Positions 57,168 to 64,000 of a stretch of DNA of 64,000 nt are shown in pieces. Each line of letters starts with the position of its first letter. Positions within the stretch are counted from its first letter, which is position 1. A program made the translations under genes and the position numbers. A model generated the notes under the pieces. It searched no databases. It worked only from the letters and a program-made list of their open reading frames with translations, and was not told the DNA's origin. Source of the DNA: a virus (taxonomy: Duplodnaviria; Heunggongvirae; Uroviricota; Caudoviricetes); the IMG/VR virus record IMGVR_UViG_3300006092_000059, positions 12,516 to 76,515 of that record; one strand, given 5' to 3'.

Positions 57168-57925
57168 GAACGAGGTCTTTGATTTAAAATATGATTTTGG
57201 TCAGCTAAAATTCTTTCATTTTCTTCATGATTTTTCAATCCACTTGCTGGAATTACTATCCATGAAGCTACAAATGTAAGTAACACTGTTAATAAATGTC
57301 CTCCAATTGGAAAATTAACTCCTCCAAGCAAGCAGAACACACAAGTTATTAAATTAAATATTACCATTGCAACCATCATATTAATAATTGCATTTGGAAC
57401 TTCATTAGAATATTTAATTCCTAGTACCCAATTTAATAAGTTTACATAATTCTTATCACCATCAATCATTACAAAATAATTAACACCTCTTTCATCATGT
57501 TTATAGAAAATAAGTGGATTTTCTGTATTAAATGTAGATGTTAAAATATAGAAATTATATTTTAAATCATTTGCAGAAGTTCCTAAGTTATTTTGTTCAT
57601 AGAATTCTCTGATTTTCTTGATATACTCATAATCAAAGTCTCCTTCATATCTACCTGCCTGTATAAATCTTAGATTGTATTCTAAACATTCTTCTTTGAT
57701 TTCATTAGCAGTAAAGATATGTTTGTATTTTTCCTTGAGAGTAACAAGAGTGGCTTGAACATTCTTTTTTTCAATTTCAATACCACGTAAAGTTTCTAAC
57801 TCTCTTTTTTGGCTATTTGGGAATAAATTATTCCCAAAGTCTATGTCTTTTTTCTTATTTGGATCATCCAAAGCAAGTTGATATTCAACTAACTTCTTAT
57901 TCTCCTGATTTTTTAGTTCTATCAT
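57164..57925 (-). CDS. tail-anchored membrane protein
   Basis: Soluble N-terminal domain. The C-terminal ~70 aa contain two TM helices. Confidence 0.4.
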   Translation of the reverse strand: MIELKNQENKKLVEYQLALDDPNKKKDIDFGNNLFPNSQKRELETLRGIEIEKKNVQATLVTLKEKYKHIFTANEIKEECLEYNLRFIQAGRYEGDFDYEYIKKIREFYEQNNLGTSANDLKYNFYILTSTFNTENPLIFYKHDERGVNYFVMIDGDKNYVNLLNWVLGIKYSNEVPNAIINMMVAMVIFNLITCVFCLLGGVNFPIGGHLLTVLLTFVASWIVIPASGLKNHEENERILADQNHILNQRPRS

Positions 57926-57936
57926 TTTTTTAATTT

Positions 57937-58140
57937 TTATTTTTTATCTGTTTTTTCCCAAGCATCTCCTAGTTTATGAGCTACTGCTAATACTAGGCAT
58001 ACTAATAATATAATTCCTACAGTTTTAGGATATAAAAATATTAATTGTGTTCCAAAATAAAGTGCAACCATTATACATCCTATTACAGTAAGTATAATAA
58101 GTCCTTTTCCTGTTGTTCCTAAGATTTTTAATATTTTCAT
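57937..58140 (-). CDS. small membrane protein
   Basis: 67 aa with two TM helices. Confidence 0.3.
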   Translation of the reverse strand: MKILKILGTTGKGLIILTVIGCIMVALYFGTQLIFLYPKTVGIILLVCLVLAVAHKLGDAWEKTDKK

Positions 58141-58529
58141 AGTACTAGTTTAGCTTTTTGTTTACAATATCCTGCTTCCTCACATAATGAACATAATTGT
58201 TTCTTTTCAGAATACACACCTATAGTTAAGGCTGGAATTTTTATTCCTAAAATTCTGTATAATTCAACTCTATGTTTCATTTTCATTTTTCTTTTTACAG
58301 TTTTGAAAGGTTTATGATTTTTTACAAACACTCCAGTTCTCATAAAAAGCTTTTCTCTGTAAGGAATAATTAGTAAAGACTTATAATTCCAAGGATGAGT
58401 ATGAGGTTCATCTGTATCATCATCTGTAATAAAATGAATTTTAATACTTCCTTCTTTTAAGTAAAAGGAAAGCCTTCGTAAGAAGACCTTCCCTTTAGTA
58501 TTAATAATTTCTTTGTATTTGAATATCAT
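58137..58529 (-). CDS. hypothetical protein with an HxHxW metal-site-like motif (cupin-like?)
   Basis: EPHTHPWNYKSLLIIP is shared with the 59587..60141 product. Confidence 0.3.
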   Translation of the reverse strand: MIFKYKEIINTKGKVFLRRLSFYLKEGSIKIHFITDDDTDEPHTHPWNYKSLLIIPYREKLFMRTGVFVKNHKPFKTVKRKMKMKHRVELYRILGIKIPALTIGVYSEKKQLCSLCEEAGYCKQKAKLVL

Positions 58530-58668
58530 AATTTTCTTATTAACTGCTCTGTAAAAAAACCTTCTTCACTACCTAGCATTAGAAACCCATACACACCACA
58601 AGTAATAACTGTAAGAACTGCTTCAATACCGAATATAATACAAATTAAGATTCCTATTACAATAGTTC

Positions 58669-59211
58669 TCATCTCTTAATAGTTTTTACAAAATTCATAA
58701 TATCAGTCATTGCACCATATTCAGGATTTACAAATCCCATTACAATAACATCAAAATGAGTAGCTGCAATAATAAAACAGAATAATGTTAAGAATATAAA
58801 TATTCCTGTAAATACAACAGGTCTTGCTTCCTTAGGTTGAGAACTATTATAATTATCTTTTTCCATTACTATCTTCCCCCATTGAACATAAGCTAATATA
58901 ATAAACAATATAGATAGCAATGCAGGAATTGAATATATAATAGCGTTTACTACTTGTTGTTTTACAAGTACAATATAAACATGTTCTACTCCTACTTTTA
59001 AAGCAGCAGCAAAACCTACTAATGCTTGTTTAACATCTCCATAAATTTGTTTTGATAAACTAGATGTATCTACAGTATAAGCTACATCTTTAATTACTTT
59101 GGTTGTGCTGTCTATTACTCCAACAGCAGTTTTTTTAGCATCACTCACTACATTAGCTTGTGATACAAAAGTTAGTGCAAAAAAGGTCAATAAGAGAAAT
59201 AATTTTTTCAT
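58669..59211 (-). CDS. membrane protein with signal peptide
   Basis: MKKLFLLLTFFALTFVSQA signal, plus additional TM helices. Confidence 0.4.
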   Translation of the reverse strand: MKKLFLLLTFFALTFVSQANVVSDAKKTAVGVIDSTTKVIKDVAYTVDTSSLSKQIYGDVKQALVGFAAALKVGVEHVYIVLVKQQVVNAIIYSIPALLSILFIILAYVQWGKIVMEKDNYNSSQPKEARPVVFTGIFIFLTLFCFIIAATHFDVIVMGFVNPEYGAMTDIMNFVKTIKR

Positions 59212-59219
59212 GTTTTTTT

Positions 59220-59390
59220 TTAATCTTGAAATAAGGTTATAAGAATTCCTGCAATTAATGTAATAGGCCCAAGTATTGCAGATACTACAAAGGCACTATA
59301 GAGTTTTTGAAAAGGCTCTCTATTATGTATTATTGTTCCTCCAAACAATCCTACTATAAGCCAAATTAATACAGATATTGATGCTGTCAT
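59220..59390 (-). CDS. small membrane protein (start trimmed; the track ORF to 59462 overlaps tRNA-Lys)
   Basis: MTASISVLIWLIVGLFGG... Confidence 0.3.
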   Translation of the reverse strand: MTASISVLIWLIVGLFGGTIIHNREPFQKLYSAFVVSAILGPITLIAGILITLFQD

Positions 59391-59404
59391 TTTTAAATTT
59401 TTAG

Positions 59405-59476
59405 TGACACTAGCAGGACTTGAACCTGCGGCCCCCATATTAAAAGTATGGTGCTCCACCACTGAGCTATAGTGTC
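59405..59476 (-). tRNA. tRNA-Lys (anticodon TTT)
   Basis: Reverse complement GACACTA-TA-GCTC-AGTGGTGGA-GAGC-A-CCATA-CTTTTAA-TATGG-GGGCC-GCAGG-TTCAAGT-CCTGC-TAGTGTC-A. All stems are Watson-Crick. Confidence 0.75.
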
Positions 59477-59586
59477 CAAATCCAGAGAAGAGCTTTTCAC
59501 CCTTCTCCCTTTTCCCGATTTGTTTTCACTTATAACCTTATGTTAAATAACATAATACAACTTTAAGTGAAAGAAGTTGTCACCCA

Positions 59587-60141
59587 TTATCCTATTAGCA
59601 ATTTAAATATTGCTAGTAATTCAGTTTTTCTTTCTTTAGTAAGCTCTTTAAGTTCTATATTTAAAGCTTCTTTTCTAAACTCAGCTTCAGGATATAAATA
59701 TTTAGTAAGCATTACAGAATAACTTACTTTACTAATTGGTTTTACATAATGTAAAGCATCAGTTTGAGTCATTTCATAACTACTACCATCAGTTAGAATT
59801 AATTTAGACAAAATAGGTAGCTTATGAGCTTCTTTTGTATCCAATTCATCTTCAGAATAAGTAAGCCCCATTTCATAGCTTCCTTTTAGTAATTTAATTA
59901 CTGAAGGCCATCTATGCTTATGAAACAAGCATTCTTTATCTGTCTTATGTATTGTGTGTAAATAGATTCTATATCCTGCATAATCAGTATATAGACGTTC
60001 TACTCGTGGTGGGTAATAATCTATATCAAGTGTTTTCCAAACATCTTTCAACAATAAATCTGAAATAGCTCCAACTGGAGATGTAATCTTATTTATTGTA
60101 TCTACATCAAGAAAACAATATTCATTAGGTTTCATAGCCAT
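59587..60141 (-). CDS. hypothetical protein with an HxHxW motif (paralog-like to 58137..58529)
   Basis: LFHKHRWPSVIKLLKG aligns with EPHTHPWNYKSLLIIP. Confidence 0.35.
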   Translation of the reverse strand: MAMKPNEYCFLDVDTINKITSPVGAISDLLLKDVWKTLDIDYYPPRVERLYTDYAGYRIYLHTIHKTDKECLFHKHRWPSVIKLLKGSYEMGLTYSEDELDTKEAHKLPILSKLILTDGSSYEMTQTDALHYVKPISKVSYSVMLTKYLYPEAEFRKEALNIELKELTKERKTELLAIFKLLIG

Positions 60142-60365
60142 TTAGGTGGTTTAGGAAATGTATAATTAGAACGTCCTAAAAAATCTATAACAAATAATAT
60201 TAAAAACATACCAAATGCTACCCAAGAAACAAGTGCAAATAATAACATTAATAATATATTACCCCAAGATTGTTGTAAATCTTTATCTACTTGTATACAG
60301 GTTCTTCTTCCCATAAAGAATGCCATTATAAAACCTAATATGTAAATACATAATTTAATTTCCAT
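60132..60365 (-). CDS. small membrane protein
   Basis: 77 aa with two TM helices. Confidence 0.3.
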   Translation of the reverse strand: MEIKLCIYILGFIMAFFMGRRTCIQVDKDLQQSWGNILLMLLFALVSWVAFGMFLILFVIDFLGRSNYTFPKPPKWL

Positions 60366-60383
60366 TTTTTAAAATTTAATTAG

Positions 60384-60457
60384 TGATTCCTAGATGATTC
60401 GAACACCTGACCCACAGATTAGAAATCTGTTGCTCTATCCAGCTGAGCTAAGGAACC
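60384..60457 (-). tRNA. tRNA-Arg (anticodon TCT)
   Basis: Reverse complement GGTTCCT-TA-GCTC-AGCTGGATA-GAGC-A-ACAGA-TTTCTAA-TCTGT-GGGTC-AGGTG-TTCGAAT-CATCT-AGGAATC-A. Confidence 0.7.
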
Positions 60458-60473
60458 ATAGGGGTTTCCCCTC

Positions 60474-60662
60474 TTATATCAAAGAACATTTATAAACAGG
60501 ATAAGCTCTAAAAGACTCAGTAGAAGCATCATAATACCCTTTTGTTTTTATATCTGGTGGGAAATAGTTTTCCTCATTCCAATAATTAGGATTAATCAGT
60601 TCTACTAGTTCTTTTATATTTAGCCTTTCCTCACCGAATCCACTACATATGCTATTATCCAT
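60474..60662 (-). CDS. hypothetical small protein
   Basis: 62 aa. Overlaps the start of the next ORF. Confidence 0.25.
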   Translation of the reverse strand: MDNSICSGFGEERLNIKELVELINPNYWNEENYFPPDIKTKGYYDASTESFRAYPVYKCSLI

Positions 60663-61822
60663 GCTACATAGCCTTTCCTTACAAAGTTACAATTTACATT
60701 TTCTTTATTATTCATTTCATCCAATGTACATTGTAGTATTGTTGCAGTAGTAAGTAAGGCTTCTCGTGAATAAGTATCTAATACTCTATTCACACCATCA
60801 GGATTTAGTGCACTTTGCTGTTCTATCCAACTATCATAATCTACTAATATATGATTACGATAGTCAACAACATCACTATATTTAAATGTCATGTAATTAT
60901 CCTTATTAGTAGGAAACATTGTAGCAGCAAATGCCCAACTTCCTCCACCAATAGCATAGAAGTTTTGCTTTCTTCTTGCTCCAGATTTATTATCAAACAT
61001 TCTCTTTACTACTTGAGGTCGTAATGTATCTGTTACAAATTCATTTAATCCCCGTGCAAATTCAGCAAAGTCTTTAGGATTATATAGTTTAGTAATTTTT
61101 TCAGTAAGAGTTACACCACCATAATCAAAAGCCATTGGATAAAAATAATAATATCCACCATCTTTTAATACATAGCCACCTTTACTATTACCACCCCCAA
61201 TATCCCATACTAGTGAGTTATCATATCTATTAACAGGCACAGCTCCCTTAGTTACAAGTTTGCCTTCCTGCTCAGATGTAATAAATTCCATATTATGATG
61301 TGTAAGTGCTTCAACTGCTGTTTCTAAATCTTCCTTATTTACAGCAATAGCAACTCCACTACTTCCTACAATAAATAATTTGCTATCAGGCACTCCAAAA
61401 TCACTCTTAAGCTGTTGATAAATTTCATTTACAGCCATAGAAGTTTCAGTAATATCCTGCTTAGCAAGTTTTTTATCTACAGAAATGTTTTTAGTAACAG
61501 CTGTATTACGTGTCCAGTCTTTAAAGATAGAAAATTTACCTTCATTAACATCAAGAACATCAATTACTGCTACTTTAATTCCCTTACCTCCTACTTCAAT
61601 ACCTGCATATCTTTCACAGAATGCAAGCTGAAATAAGAAAATAGCTGCAAGGAAAATAATCAGTTTTTTTAAATTACTTTCATTCATTTTGCTTTGTTTT
61701 TGATTTTTATTATTACTCCAACACTCTTTGAATGTTGGAATTCTCCCATCTCCTTCAGCATTTCTTTGCTCATCAGTTAAGCCAGCCTTGGGCCCTCCTG
61801 CACCTGGCATTAAATATGTCAT
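60620..61822 (-). CDS. signal-peptide ASKHA-superfamily phosphatase (Ppx/GppA- or CD39/NTPDase-like); probable true start at the internal MNESNLKKLIIFLAAIFLF
   Basis: Phosphate-1-like GIEVGGKGIKVAVIDV and phosphate-2 VWDIGGGNSKGG (Ppx/GppA vDIGGGSTE; apyrase DLGGGSTQ). Hydrophobic signal peptide after the internal Met. Confidence 0.4.
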   Translation of the reverse strand: MTYLMPGAGGPKAGLTDEQRNAEGDGRIPTFKECWSNNKNQKQSKMNESNLKKLIIFLAAIFLFQLAFCERYAGIEVGGKGIKVAVIDVLDVNEGKFSIFKDWTRNTAVTKNISVDKKLAKQDITETSMAVNEIYQQLKSDFGVPDSKLFIVGSSGVAIAVNKEDLETAVEALTHHNMEFITSEQEGKLVTKGAVPVNRYDNSLVWDIGGGNSKGGYVLKDGGYYYFYPMAFDYGGVTLTEKITKLYNPKDFAEFARGLNEFVTDTLRPQVVKRMFDNKSGARRKQNFYAIGGGSWAFAATMFPTNKDNYMTFKYSDVVDYRNHILVDYDSWIEQQSALNPDGVNRVLDTYSREALLTTATILQCTLDEMNNKENVNCNFVRKGYVAWIIAYVVDSVRKG

Positions 61823-62145
61823 CAGAATTTAGGAATTACATTGTTTACATTTTGATTTTGTGATTCTTCCTCAACCACTTTTGTGCTTTGAGCATGCACT
61901 GCTTTTTCTTTTCTTACTTTCCTCACAGTAGGTTTCTTCACTTGTTCTACAGGAAGTACATGAACTTCATCAAGTACTTCTACTGTATCAGTAAGTGGTT
62001 TATATCCATACAATGTAGTATCTTTAGCAGATACAGACACTTCAGATTTGGTTGGCTCAGTATTATCTTTTTTGATAAACTTTGTATAGCCAAAAAATAA
62101 TACTACTGCAAGTAAAATAAGAATTGCTACTCCTTTTGGTTTCAT
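61822..62145 (-). CDS. secreted or membrane-anchored small protein
   Basis: MKPKGVAILILLAVVLFFGY signal anchor. Confidence 0.35.
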   Translation of the reverse strand: MKPKGVAILILLAVVLFFGYTKFIKKDNTEPTKSEVSVSAKDTTLYGYKPLTDTVEVLDEVHVLPVEQVKKPTVRKVRKEKAVHAQSTKVVEEESQNQNVNNVIPKF

Positions 62146-63023
62146 TTTTTAATTGTTTGTTCTGATTTTTCTACTTCAGTAGTAATCAGGTTATAAAAAT
62201 TGTTTGTTTTAGCTTCTAAAGCTACTAACTTAGTTTCATCCATTACTTCTCCAAGCTCAATCTTTTTCAAGAATTCACTACAATCTGCAATCATACTATC
62301 AGCTTCAACATTGGCATTTGCAATGAAATTCTGCATATAGTCAAGTGATTGATTATACAATCCAGAATTTGTAGTTTCTCCCTTAATAATATCGAGAGCT
62401 TTTCTTAATACAGCTGTAACAGATTTAGCTAATAAGAAATCCTTCTCAACATATTCTAACTCTATGTTTTTGTAGTCATACAAAAATCCTAAAGCCTTAT
62501 AAATATCTGTTAAAGTTTTCTCAAAAAATGCAGCTTTATCTGATTGAGCTTTATATTTTTCTAAGAAAGTGGTTATTGTATCCATTTTCTTCTTAGCTAG
62601 TACTTTTGCAGTTTTGTCTGTAGTAGTATTATACTCATGCTCAGCTTTTTCATAATTACCTGCTTCTTTTAAACAAGTTTGTTTAATACTAGACTGAATA
62701 TTTCGTACAGTTACAATACCTTCACTTTTTACTTTTTCCTTTTTGTTATATAAGTCTTGTAAAGCTAACTTAGCAATAGCAATTGGGTCAAGTTCTACTA
62801 TCCATCCAATAGCTTTAGCCATTAAGAATTCTAATAGAGTTTTAAACCTCTGCTTACCAACAAAATGGTCATAAGCAATAAATAAAATTACTGCACCTGA
62901 AACTACAGCAACAGCTAAATTCTGCAAGAATGCAGCAATCTCTGCCATAAAATATACTCCTAGGAATCCTAAAATTCCAAAAAATATATAGTTAGCAATT
63001 TGAACTTTTTCTATTGGTTTCAT
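62142..63023 (-). CDS. membrane protein with a coiled-coil cytoplasmic domain
   Basis: Two N-terminal TM helices, then a long helical Lys/Glu-rich region. Confidence 0.4.
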   Translation of the reverse strand: MKPIEKVQIANYIFFGILGFLGVYFMAEIAAFLQNLAVAVVSGAVILFIAYDHFVGKQRFKTLLEFLMAKAIGWIVELDPIAIAKLALQDLYNKKEKVKSEGIVTVRNIQSSIKQTCLKEAGNYEKAEHEYNTTTDKTAKVLAKKKMDTITTFLEKYKAQSDKAAFFEKTLTDIYKALGFLYDYKNIELEYVEKDFLLAKSVTAVLRKALDIIKGETTNSGLYNQSLDYMQNFIANANVEADSMIADCSEFLKKIELGEVMDETKLVALEAKTNNFYNLITTEVEKSEQTIKK

Positions 63024-63039
63024 TGTTTTGATTTAAAAT

Positions 63040-63054
63040 AGGGAGTTGCCTCCC
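63040..63054 (-). terminator. weak terminator candidate after the SPFH gene
   Basis: GGGAG-ttgc-CTCCC hairpin. On the - strand it is followed by TATTTTAAATC. Confidence 0.3.
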
Positions 63055-63058
63055 CTAA

Positions 63059-63856
63059 TTATTTAAGTCCTTTAATTACTGTAGGTGATACACCAAAAGT
63101 ATTGTTATTACCAAATGGAGAATTACCATGAGCTTTAAATCCTTCCCACATTAATCTTTCATTTTCAACGCGTTGTAATTCTAACATTGCAGGTTGTGAT
63201 AAAATAGCCTTGGTTTTAGCATTCCATTCTGCAGAGTGGTAATTATTTTCAGCTTCAGTCTTTTTACTTTCTGCTAATTTATTTAATTCATTCTGCTTGG
63301 CATTTGCTTCTGCTGTTTCAGCAATAGCACCTGGAATATCTACATCAGTAATTCTTACAGTTTTGGCCTCACAATAAAATTCAGGATATTCTGTTTTTAA
63401 TATTGCAAGAACTTTTTGTTCTGCTTCTTCACGCTTAGTTAAATTAAGCTCAGAAGCTGAATACTGTGGTATTACTTGTTTAGCTGCTGAAGATAATGTA
63501 GTATGTATTTTTACTTCTAATTGGTCTTTACCTACTTTAGAATGTATAATATTTACTTTATCAGGGGCTAGATTATAGTCCACTGAAAATTCTACAGGAA
63601 CTAACATACTATTCTTATCATTAAAAGCAAACTTTTGTACTACAGTTTTATCTCTTACATCATATTCTTCCATATGATCCCAAATCCAGTGAAGTCCTGA
63701 ATTCATACCCTCAGGATAAACCTGATTCATATTAGTTTCACCACCCCATGATACTTCAACTCCTTTATGTCCAGAGTCTACAGTTGTACAGGCTGTAAAA
63801 AATAATACTGATGCAAATAATAAAATAAAATTAATTTTCTTAAATATTGTCTTCAT
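63059..63856 (-). CDS. SPFH/Band-7 (HflK/C-, prohibitin-like) domain lipoprotein
   Basis: Lipobox LFFTAC after the signal peptide. HKGVEVSWGGE ... MLVPVEFSVDYNL ... SAAKQVIPQYSASEL ... KREEAEQKV follows the typical SPFH domain pattern. Confidence 0.55.
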   Translation of the reverse strand: MKTIFKKINFILLFASVLFFTACTTVDSGHKGVEVSWGGETNMNQVYPEGMNSGLHWIWDHMEEYDVRDKTVVQKFAFNDKNSMLVPVEFSVDYNLAPDKVNIIHSKVGKDQLEVKIHTTLSSAAKQVIPQYSASELNLTKREEAEQKVLAILKTEYPEFYCEAKTVRITDVDIPGAIAETAEANAKQNELNKLAESKKTEAENNYHSAEWNAKTKAILSQPAMLELQRVENERLMWEGFKAHGNSPFGNNNTFGVSPTVIKGLK

Positions 63857-64000
63857 TTTTTAATCTTTTTGTTTTTGATTTTTATCTCCTCTGTCCTTGC
63901 GGAGATGTTCCCATGTCATCCAGAATACCCAGATAACTCCTGAGATTGCTAATAACCCTAATGCTCCTTTCATAATTTAAATTTTAAAAAGAGGGGAAGC

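Noticed and set aside
46925-62100. Further + strand ORFs 46925..47242, 47527..47787, 48180..48368, 49038..49238, 61415..61636, 61888..62100
   Set aside because: Same reasoning. For 46925..47242 versus the - strand 46969..47229 ORF, the - strand one matches the operon orientation and encodes a plausible basic zinc-ribbon protein. The + strand product is repetitive and hydrophobic.
1-64000. CRISPR arrays, rRNA genes, integrase/attachment sites, large direct repeats
   Set aside because: No repeat-spacer periodicity, rRNA-like conserved blocks or tyrosine/serine recombinase motifs were seen anywhere in the window.

Overview
This window is an AT-rich, gene-dense stretch of what is almost certainly a large tailed bacteriophage genome. 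Codon usage and AT content suggest a Bacteroidetes/Flavobacteriia-type host, but that is inference only. One giant + strand gene (2049 aa) opens the window. The sequence supports a PARP-like (H-Y-E) ADP-ribosyltransferase domain in its N-terminal region. A truncated GIY-YIG homing endonuclease gene sits in front of it. Nearly everything else is on the - strand, with tightly packed, often start/stop-overlapping genes.

Recognisable replication and nucleotide-metabolism genes include:
- a family A DNA polymerase with 3'-5' exonuclease
- a DnaB-like SF4 helicase and a Toprim primase-like protein
- an AAA+ ATPase
- a ribonucleotide reductase large subunit
- three MazG-like NTP pyrophosphatases, one fused to a HAD 5'-nucleotidase
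- a lambda-phosphatase/ApaH-like metallophosphoesterase
- a Dam-like N6-adenine methyltransferase
- a RecB/Cas4-like PD-(D/E)XK nuclease.

The most striking part is a compact enzymatic cluster at about 24.3-30.4 kb. It holds a COG2170/YbdK-like amidoligase, a class II (Ntn) glutamine amidotransferase, a RimK-like ATP-grasp ligase and a gamma-glutamyl cyclotransferase (AIG2-like). Embedded in it is a uracil-DNA-glycosylase-fold protein whose catalytic Asp and His are replaced (GQDPYH becomes GQSPYY). Two further amidoligase-like genes lie elsewhere in the window. Together with the dNTP-pool sanitising enzymes and a glycosyltransferase island, this looks like a DNA-base hypermodification or peptide-metabolite ligation system. 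The UDG-like protein may act as a non-catalytic base-flipping reader or a polymerase processivity factor rather than a glycosylase.

Other notable content:
- a NAD+ salvage pair (NAMPT plus a PRPP-synthetase-like PRTase)
- a minimal SET-domain methyltransferase
- seven tRNAs (Met, His, Leu, Gln, Trp, Lys, Arg), plus a tRNA-like gene that appears split by a ~126 nt insertion
- a + strand LAGLIDADG homing endonuclease sitting antisense to a group I intron catalytic core (P, Q, R, S elements) that has no obvious host gene
- a lysis-like cassette
- a membrane/secreted module containing a signal-peptide ASKHA (Ppx/GppA or CD39-like) phosphatase and an SPFH lipoprotein.

All functional calls come from motif recognition by eye; no database searches were run.
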